Below are positions 1 through 9,560 of a stretch of 64,000 nt of DNA, piece by piece. A program made the position numbers and the translations under genes. The notes below the pieces were generated by a model that saw only the letters and a program-made list of their open reading frames with translations, did no database searches and was not told the origin of the DNA. Origin of the DNA: Psilocybe cubensis (taxonomy: Eukaryota); contig CM039006.1 of NCBI GenBank assembly GCA_017499595.2, positions 2,108,001 to 2,172,000 on the forward strand, given 5' to 3'. Positions within the stretch are counted from its first letter, which is position 1. Each line of letters begins with the position of its first letter.

Positions 1-1609
1 AAAGCATAACTTTTGCACAAATGCTATCTACGGTGCAAAATAAGCAGTGAGCTGTATAATGCATATTACAGGAAACACACTCTCAGACCCCAAAATACCC
101 ACCATTCTATCATACAGACACTCTTCCCCATCACCGCAGACTCAAACCGACCACCCAATCGCTCCGAGTCGCAGACTAGACCCAGAGCTATTGCAAACGG
201 GCATCTGCGCCTCCTCCCCCATTACGCACTTTCCAAGCCTTCCAAACCGCTCGCTCCCGGTCGCAACGTGTTTACGACACCCCTTACATACACGATCGAC
301 GCTTGTGGCGATTGAAAATGAGAGGAAGCAGCGGTGAACTTGGGTGAACTGTTTGTGTGCTGGCAGTCGTTACAAGCTCTAGCGACGTTTAACGCGTTTT
401 ACGTCGGTTTATGGGTTTCTGGGGATGCTGGTAATCACTGTGATATGAATAGGGGTTGTTGGGGTGAAGGATTTGTGGGCAAAAAAAGTTGTCGGATTGT
501 TTGCAAAGATGGAGTAGACGCGAGCTGAATCGCTCGCAGATCAATTTCAGCACCTTTGCACAACGGGGTACTATGCAGAATATGTTATACTTGACCAGGA
601 GAGCACCATAGAATGGTCAGCCAGACGGTCAAGCTCCCGGTGGAGTCCTGCAACACATCCGTTCCCCAATCCAATCCCCTCCTCCTTCCCCAAAACACCG
701 CTCGTCTCGCAAAAAAACCACCTGGATTGTTATCATCCCTGAACGTATCACTTATTCATAGCATCTCACGTACCTCGTCGCGTAATTTCGAAGCTGGAAA
801 CTGAAATTTTTTTTGTGATACTCCCGAGGCATTCCAGTCCGTCCATTCAATCGACACAAACACTAGAACGCAGAATACGTACGAATACAACACCTAGAAG
901 AGTACGGTAGTGTAGTACATGTCAGCTCCAAGCCCCGACAATAGAAAGATCAAGGAGTGCAACTCACCAAGTAGCAAATGTACATTTCACAAACGGCAGG
1001 ATGTAATGCATTGCGATGCAACAACTCCCCATCTGCATCTTCCGACCGAAATGCAGTTTGAAACGTCTGGAATTCGGTGCTTTGTATCTCGTTAGCTTAA
1101 TTAAGCAACGTAAGATCGAGGACTGTACCGAAATTGAGATGCAAATTTTTGAAGCTAGAGCTCGAGAGTTCACGTAGAGGCGGTTTGGCGAGTTTGCGGT
1201 GAATACTGGACTGCTTTGTGATGGGTGTAGCTGTTTTATGCTCGTCTCCTATTCTGTGGGTGTAGTTGTTATTTATTCTTCTAATTTTTGTGAGTGTAGT
1301 TGCACTGAGAGTATGTACTCGTTTACTTTTCTTTTCTGTGCTGCCTGGATATCAGAATTGATAACAAAAGTGATTATCACGAATCTCGTCTTTTCATGTC
1401 TATCGTGAACTGATCTTTAGCAAATAGAATGAAATTATATTGCATTAGCACACTACACGACGACAGGGGGTATACAGTGTACAGAAATACACCCAATCTC
1501 TCGCTTAGCGGAGGAGGCAGGTTGCAGATCCCAAATCGGACCCTGCAAAACGACCCGAAAACACAACCCCTGTGCGTATGTATGTACATACAGCGGCAAG
1601 GTGCGCGTG

Positions 1610-4590
1610 TATATAAGGAGTGTGGAATACCACTCACCTTTCCTCATCCCGCCTTGGCTTCTCCGCTCCGCTCTCCTCTCCTCTCCTCGAGTCTTGGGCA
1701 CCGCGCCCCCCACTCTTCTCTTTGGACTGGCACGACGACGAGGCGGCTCTGCTGTCTGTCGCAGAAATCAAGCTCACACTCACCTATTTGCAGGCCGCCC
1801 TGCTCGTGTCTAGCCTTCTCCGTGTGTGTCTTGCGAGCTGGAATATCCTTCTGCTGATTGACACCCATTCTCGCAGATGTTATCACCACATCTAACCGTA
1901 CTGCCTCCCCTGTAAGTGTCTTGTCATCGTGTTCTTTGTCGGGATGTTGCTAACAGTCTCTTGAAACTGCAGAATCGAGCGCGATGGAAAAGATGAGTGC
2001 TGGGTGACGTGTACCCCTGTAAGTGTCTGGATATTGTTTTTCTTACCAGAGACGTGTTGAGGCAACTGCTGGACGAGGTGCGAGAAACACCGTCGTAAGT
2101 ATTAGTCGCTCCGCGCTGTCTTGCTGGATGCCGTGTTCTGATGACTGTGGCATTACTGTACAGGAGCGACAGGATCGGCGCAGAACAGTCACAAATGACG
2201 CACCTAAAAGTGAGTACAATTTGCAGTCAGTCGTGTTACATGCCATCGAATTAACTCGCACCTACGCACCTTTTACAGCCACGCAGCGGACCCATTCTTC
2301 CTCATCTAGACCACGTTTGAACGTCCGCCCGCCCCCGTAAGTGTCTCGATCGTCATGTTTCTGGTAGGGCTTGTGCTGACAACTGGAAAGGCAGCTCGAA
2401 ATACGAGCTTGACGGTGCCGACGAGTGTTGGGTGACGTGGGAGAAGCGTCCGAGTAAGCTCCCTGCATGTCGAGGTCGCTCCGTGCCGTCTTGCTGACTG
2501 ACATTGCTGTAGATGAATGATGCGATTGACGGAGAGGAGCATTGAAAGGTGAGTACGTCCTGCAGTTGTGCTTCACATGTTTGATGCTGCTCCTTGCAGG
2601 CGTTGTCCGGTCTATCTCTGGATGTTGAGCTGCAATCGTGCTCCTCGTCGGAATCGCGCTGGAAGTCGATAAACGCGAGCGGGATGGTGTGGTGCAACAG
2701 GGAACTGTGGAGGCGGAGTGCGGGTGCGGTGGGTGCTGTATGCGACACGAGATGAGCTGTAGGTTGTTGTGACTGGAGGTATGTACCTCTATCTCTGTGG
2801 ATGTTGAACAATCGTGCTGACAGAGAGATTGAGGGTCAAGGGACTGCTGTCACTTTACCTCGTCCATGGTTGTCCATGGAAACCTCGCACCACGAGGGCC
2901 GGTAAGTTTGTTCTTGGTGAACTCATGCTGTCTGACGCTGAACTGGATGGTCGGTAGGCAACGTTCGAGATAGCGCAGCCTGTCAAGGTTGAGCACAACG
3001 CCAGCAGGGTTCTCGCGGCCTTGCGCTTGCCATGAATCCACTTCTGAATGTCGTCCCGCGATTGTGATCATCGTGACGCCGTGTTTCCAGCGCGGCCTCT
3101 TGCTGAATATCGTGACGAACGACTGGAACAGCGAAGAGGATGGTTGATGGGTGAGTACTTCTTGCGATCCAGCCGTCAAACTGATGTTCAATGCCTCTCG
3201 CAGACATTCTCCCGCCGCTTCGACCCACAAACCTCGTCAGAGTCGATGAACGTGAGTGCGGTGGAGCGAAAACAGGTTGTGGGGTACCGTGTGCGAGAGA
3301 CGGAGAGCTGGACACGGGTGCTGGAGATCAGTGTGAGTGGGGAAACTTTGAATAATGGTATGTATGTACCTTTATATTAGTGGTTGTTGTTGAACACCCA
3401 TGCTGACAGCGAGTTTGAGGCGCGAGACACTGCTGTCGATATGCGTCGTCCGTTGTTGTCCAGGGCGGTATCGTACATTAAGGATCTCGGTGAGTTTCTT
3501 GTCGGACTCGTGGTTGGTTGTTGATAAACCCAATGTCTGGTAGGCACTGTGCAATGAGGCACCCTGTAAATGTTTGGCACAGTGCTGCCAGGTGTTACGA
3601 GTATCGTATGAGGAGTGTCTACAGGTAGGGGATGAGCCGGGTGTCTTGAAAAGCTTGAATCACGGTACGTACCTTATTGCGGTTGGTGTCAAGTACCGGG
3701 CTGAAATTGAGGTTGAAGCTTGCTTTCAATAAGCATCGTCCATTGGCGAGGTCGTACGAGGATCTCTGTTGTGGGCAGAGATGTAGAGGTTGTGAACAAT
3801 GAATCGGCAGCCGTTTTGGTGAGTTTTATGCCTGTGTGTGTCGACGATGAGATTGAAGATGATTGCTAGCAAGGTGCAGAAGGTGAAGGCACGACGAGAA
3901 TCCGTGGAGATGGGCGAAGGCAGGTGGGGTGCTTTATAAGATAGGAGATGGGCTAGATGACCAGAAATCTCTGAATCATGGTACGTACCTTTATCGCGAT
4001 CGGTATGTAGTAACAGGCTGACAGAGAGGTTGAGGCACAAGGAATTGATGTCGATAAGCATTGTTCATTGGCGGCATCGAACGAGAAGGGCATTTGGGCC
4101 AGAGAGCCAGAGGTTGTGCATGAGGATTTGGCGTCTACGTCGGTGAGTTTACGCCTTTCCGTGTTGACGACGATGTTGAAACCGATGGGCAGCACGATGA
4201 GCAAGGTTGAGGTGCGAGGTAGGCCTGGGGCAGCAGATGCAGAATGTCTGTTGACAGGGAATGAGTTGGACGTCTGAAAAGTTTTGAATGACAGTACGTA
4301 CCTTTATCACAATGGATGTTGAATACCAGACTGACAGAAATATAAGGGTGTCCACGATGGCAGCGTATCTCAAAGAAAACAGGCAGGGTGTAGATGCTAT
4401 GAAAGGAGTAAATCGTGTTGTGGGGCGCCATGGATAGACCGGATTGTGCACGACGGCGAGCGTTGGAAGGGCAGAGGTCGAAGGTGTTGCAGTGCAGAAG
4501 AGAGAAGCAAGGGACGCTAGGAAAGAAGAGTCAAAGTGAGACAGTCGGGTTGGAAAAGAGGGAATTGCAGCGAAAAAGATGAGACGGACG
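1610..4590. ncRNA. Intron-dense repeat region, probably non-coding transcript(s) or a decayed microexon gene (copy 1)
   Basis: TATA-like TATATAA at ~1610. Canonical plus-strand introns 1912-1972, 2095-2163, 2210-2278, 2337-2394, 2454-2512 and 2549-2599 separate 35-60 nt exons. No long spliced ORF found. Confidence 0.45.
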
Positions 4591-4798
4591 CGTTAAATGG
4601 GTCATTGTAATGTAACCGGGTAACTGTAAGTCATTGGCGGAGTTCATAGATCATCTCCTGATTGATCAAGAGTAGCGCTAATCATGCAAACCCTTCATAT
4701 CTTGAATCCGCCCCAAATACTATCAAAGCTCTTTATTCCTACTTTAATGTCCAGTAAACACCAACACCCTACAGCTCAGAACTGGGCCTACATTTAAC

Positions 4799-5353
4799 AT
4801 GCACGTCGTTTGCGACGCACGCATGCCAACACATCTCCTCGCCGCCACACAGTCCGACCAGGATCCAGTGAAAACGTCGCCGCTAATGCTCCCCATTGAC
4901 CGCGTTCTTTTCGAGCGCGGATTTCGCATCGACCTTAATTTTCCACCAGCTACATCTATTACCCCCAAACCACGCAGTATAACCGTTGGAGATTCACAGG
5001 TCCTCTACGTGAACCTTCCGGTGATTCCTGTCAATGTGCCCCACCTCTCATCCCTTGCGCTCCTACTTCTCTATGCAATGGGTCTCGAAACCAATCTTAA
5101 CATCCTCGCTTGGAAGCTGCTTCCTGTAGAAGTCGTAGAGGAGTTTCCAAACGCGGCAGCCATGTCGACGATCTTATCAAGACGACCGCAGGCCGAACAG
5201 GAATCAATATACAGGCATAACCAGGGTTTGTGGAAAAACATTCTCGCGTTGGGATTAAATAATGCCCGGATAATCCAGGTTGTGCAGACGGCGTGGAATG
5301 TTACGGCAGACGCTCGTCGTGTCATGCTTCGCAATAACCTGAAGCAATACTAG
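4799..5353 (+). CDS. Clampless-1 (Clp1)-like protein, 184 aa
   Basis: Longest ORF of the unit. Motifs LPVIPVNVPH..S..LLLLY and GLWKNILALG......V..AWNV resemble the conserved Clp1-family C-terminal region. Confidence 0.7.
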   Translation: MHVVCDARMPTHLLAATQSDQDPVKTSPLMLPIDRVLFERGFRIDLNFPPATSITPKPRSITVGDSQVLYVNLPVIPVNVPHLSSLALLLLYAMGLETNLNILAWKLLPVEVVEEFPNAAAMSTILSRRPQAEQESIYRHNQGLWKNILALGLNNARIIQVVQTAWNVTADARRVMLRNNLKQY

Positions 5354-6653
5354 CCCAATTCCTGGCTTCTAATTTTTATGGATGCTTGCACAACCTACGA
5401 CTCCAACTTTACGATCACAAACTATATCTACAATGGATTCTCTCGGCCTCTTTTATCTTATCTTTTCCGGTCCATCTATTCATCCCGTACTAATATTTTT
5501 TCATGTGCGCCATCTATCGTTCATTTGTTTCTTATGGAACTTGTTATATCTATTCCTCATCACTATCTTACACTCATTCAGTTTACACTATTCAGCGTGT
5601 ACGAGAACCGGCGCAAGCTCTAATTTTCACATTCGCTGTCAAAACTGTGGTGGGCGATCAGCATCACTTAACCCTAAACCCTATGGCTGCCCAAGTGGGG
5701 AGATATTCCCCGTAGATATAATTTCCTTATTTTTGAGAAGTGCGTCAATGATAGAACAAAATTTGTGAGCGGACACATTTGTTTGGTGTGTGCAGATTTC
5801 TTTCTGAACCAATTTGATGAATCGGTAAACACAATTAGCTATTTCGAATATTTGAATTTGCAAGCGCGAGTGCATTATTTCTGCTCCAAATTATATTTAA
5901 TGTGTAAATTACATGTGCATAAGCACATTTTGTGCGCTGAACAAACGTTTCAATGCGAGGAAAACATACTATCATTGACCAGACGTTTGGTTGACCACTG
6001 ATTCGGTTTACCCACCTTCCCGTACTCCGTTTCTTCTGCAAATTGAAATATAAGCTTTAGTGTATGAGTTATACATGATCTTACTTTTTTTTGACCAGAA
6101 ACGAGGTAGAAATGAGCAAAACAAATGAGTGTTAGAAATTGATCGTTTTGCAATGCCGACAATGCCATCAAAAAGAAAGAAAGGACGGCATGTCGGCGCA
6201 TCGCGTCTCACGTGCAATATAGTCTCTAGACAGACCACGATACGTTTGCGTGTTTACTGAAACGCGTTCAGGATGCTCTGAGCACATCGTAACACTTTCT
6301 TTTCCTTTTCACAATTATATATGCTGACCCTACCTATGAAAATAGAATACAGGAAGCTATCAATGCTGTCCGTGATGGTCGATTTCCCACTCGTAATACC
6401 CATAGTTATACTTATACTAATAATTTCTGATATACTGATAACCAATAAATACCATTGTCTTTATTGCAACTGCAAGCGACGACAAAACATGAATGGACTT
6501 GAGGAGGAATCCCACGAGAATACGTCTTAGTTATAGGAAGCCGTCTTGTCGGCAGTGGTCGGAGTTGAAAATATTATGTACCGATGATCAGCCATCAAAA
6601 CGAATCCAAACCGAATGATTCTTTTTGTGAAGTGGGCAGCCGTGATTGGTTCC

Positions 6654-7165
6654 CTTTCGAGTCATTCAGCATGTACATCAAGACTGCGCTGATGTTGTTC
6701 ACTTCGCTTTGTAGCTGAGATCGAGCAGGTGGGTCATGATATTGGGTTCCCTTCAGCGCCAGATTAAATAAAATGCTCGTGGATGAAAGACCGACACTTT
6801 GTGTTCGATGGCGGGTGTTAGAAGGGATGTATCAATTCAATGTAGAAGCTTCAGGGAAACGGTATTGGTACTTCAAAATGCTTGAGAATTTGTTGAACGA
6901 GGCCTGCTATGATCTGAACATAGGGAGCTTGTGCAAACGCCTCTAAAACATCATCAGCAAGACTTGTCACAGTATGGATAGTAGCATTTCCCCATCCGAA
7001 TACAGTGCTTGGGAGTGATTCAGTGGTTTCAGCTCTCAGCGCTCCCGGACTGTCTACTGCAGCGTCAACTCTGTCTGGTTTTTCGTTTGACCTTGGCCGA
7101 GTCTGGCCATAAAGTATGATAGCACTATGTGGCGATGGCCTCGCGGTATTCGTCATTCTCCCCAT
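6654..7165 (-). pseudogene. Internally deleted NLR remnant (first exon plus an internal fragment)
   Basis: 6851-7165 (MGRMTNTARPSPHSAIILYG...VLEAFAQAPYVQIIAGLVQQILK) is homologous to NLR exon 1 at 59453-59800. 6654-6817 closely matches 57693-57852. Confidence 0.85.
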
Positions 7166-7732
7166 GATGCTTTGTACTTCAATCCGGTTTCCTTGTGGCT
7201 AATACGGCTGGTGGATTGGTATCGGTTGGCCACTGATATTGTATGCTGGCTAATTGAAGCGAGTTTGTTTATCTGTTTGGACACAGGAAGGTCTCCTTTT
7301 GCAACATTGAATGATAATGGTGATGCTTATTGAATATCTTTCAATATTCAAGTCTAAAGGATTGCGCGCCACGCATAGTACACCTGCCTCTGGAATCTTC
7401 GAATTTGTTATTTATGACTAGGCCTTGTCAATTATCTGACGAATATACGGTTTGGTAGACATCAAAAATCAAGAAAATTGGTATGTTTCTCCGGACTCGG
7501 ACCGTAGGCATAGGCCTTCGATAAACCGGATAATAGACGACACGTTTGGGCCTGAATGAGCTGTGATATTATCGAACAAAAGCCTTCGGGGCCGCCGCGG
7601 CATGCCCATGTCATTGTCGATGGCACTTGATGCCTATGAATCACGGTGAGTCACAAGCGCACGGTTATATATGGACGATATGAGCGGAGAGAAAAGAAGG
7701 CAATCTATCCATCGATACAACTGATATCTAGA

Positions 7733-8123
7733 ATGTTGACCCGGGACGATTATGTGTTTTTCTGGAAGACAAATGAGGAGCAGTGAGTCATTAAGTCACT
7801 TCCAACCAGGTCACGTAAAGAGTACATATAACCGTGCACAGTGGATGGGGCTCGCAGTGGTATCTTTCGCCCTTCAAAGCGGCCGTTGTACTTTCTGGAG
7901 ACGAGGGGGCAGAAGAAGAGACTGTGCTTTTCCCTACTGCTGAGCATTGAAAGCGCTGTTATTCAAAGACTATGCGGTGGCCCGAGAAATTCTAGAGATC
8001 ACAGGAGTCGGACAAGAGGAAATGCGATATGTCAAAGGCTTAGGTCGCAAAGTTCAGGGATTTGACGAAGAAACGTGCTTACTCAACCCCGAAATCATGG
8101 GGATCAAAGACGCTAATGTTTAT
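7733..8123 (+). pseudogene. Truncated NADAR (YbiA/DUF1768-like) pseudogene
   Basis: Near-identical to 40000-40341 up to GAAGAAAC (8074), then only short fragments of the remaining gene. Confidence 0.88.
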
Positions 8124-8329
8124 TCTAACCATCAATGGAGCGAATAACCATATTGAGACGACCCTGAGTGAAAGACATAGAAGTTTTTTTCTCTTTTTTG
8201 CTACGTACGGACATAGTTTCTCCCCGCCCGAAGGCCAGGGTGCTTATTTTCTCTATCTACACAAAAAAAATATCTTCACCTCTTAGTTTTGACTGGGGGC
8301 GCGTGAACGGAACTCTGTGACCAGAAAAC

Positions 8330-9560
8330 TTGCGGAAATCCAAAAGTTTGAATCTATATCTACAGAACCGTATTAGCAAAGACCACAAAACACATAATCT
8401 TGACTCTGACTCACGGTTTGTGTGAATTCAAAGCATTCAATTTCAACTGCAAAGGTAACATCAGCAAAGACCGAGATACCATGTACCACCAAACTCACCC
8501 TTGCAAGGCGATTCGGAAATATCAAAAATACTTGCCGGTCATAACTGGCGCAAAACATCAAATTTAGACCCGAGAGGTACCCGACATGGAAACACACACA
8601 ACAAACACACCTGCAGGGCGATTCGCCGGAACGCGAAATATCAAATTTTGACTTTGGGGGCGACTTGTAATGGGGCAGTTCGCGGGAATCCAAAATATCA
8701 AATTTCAACTCCTAGAGGTTGTATCAAACACAACTGTCCGCTACTAGAAAGGCAAATTATTGAAGGGAAAGTCAACATACAAACAAATGCCACGTACCAT
8801 CAAACAGACCCACAGAGCGATTCTCGGGAACGCAAAATATCAAATTTGGACTTTGGGGGCCACATACCACAAAAAATGTGTTGACTTGTAGCGGGGAGGT
8901 TTGCGGGAATCCAAAATATCGAATGTAGGTCTGAGGGGGAGAGGTTTACAACTGAGTTTGACACCCTGGAGTCATATTCGCATACACCTAACATGCTCGC
9001 AGGGCGGTCCGCGGGAACGCGAAATATCAAATTTCGACTTCGAGGGGTGCCACATAGCACCAAACACTAGGGCATGGTTCGCGGGAATCCAGAATATCGA
9101 ATTTACGTCCGAGGGAGGCCAATCTGACTTGCACCGTGTTTGCTTTGACTCCTGTTGTCATGTTAGTAAAGAATAAAAGAGAGATGCAAGTGCCACGTAC
9201 GAAAATATGTAGTCTTCAGCACAGTTCGCGGGAACACAGAATCTCAAATTTCGGTCGGGGGCCGGTCAATCTGACTTGCAAGATGTTTGCTTTGACTCCT
9301 GCTGTAATGTTAGTAAAGACTGAGAAAGAGAAGCAAGTGCCACGTACCAAAATATGTAGCCTTCAGCGCGGTTTGCGGGAACACAGAATATCAAATTTCG
9401 AAAGGTGACGGAGTTTGATGAACAGGGTGGTTCGCGGGAAGTCAAAATATACAATTTTGATGCCTGGGACCGTAACTGGCATTCAGGCCACGGCAGCGTA
9501 TCACTATGGTGGCGGGAAGGCGAAATATCGAGTCGGCGGACGCCCAAAAATCAAATTTTG
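8330..9560 (+). repeat. Degenerate iterated motif, consensus about GGTTCGCGGGAA(T/C)(C/G)CAAAATATCAAATTT, about 12-14 copies
   Basis: Clear copies near 8620, 8678, 8820, 8898, 9006, 9076, 9224, 9370, 9429 and 9509. Weaker copies near 8330, 8510, 8548 and 9542. Confidence 0.9.

Noticed and set aside
1912-2599. snoRNA host introns
   Set aside because: Introns are only 50-70 nt and lack paired C/D or H/ACA boxes.
4450-5400. RIP-like hypermutation of the array
   Set aside because: Several C-to-T differences from copy 4 exist, but they are sparse, in mixed contexts and cannot be polarised without an outgroup.
5674-5716. Helitron 3' end (hairpin plus CTRR)
   Set aside because: The terminus reads CATAG rather than CTRR, and there is no Rep/helicase.
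8330-9560. CRISPR array
   Set aside because: Degenerate repeats, irregular and mutually related spacers, no cas genes, eukaryotic context.
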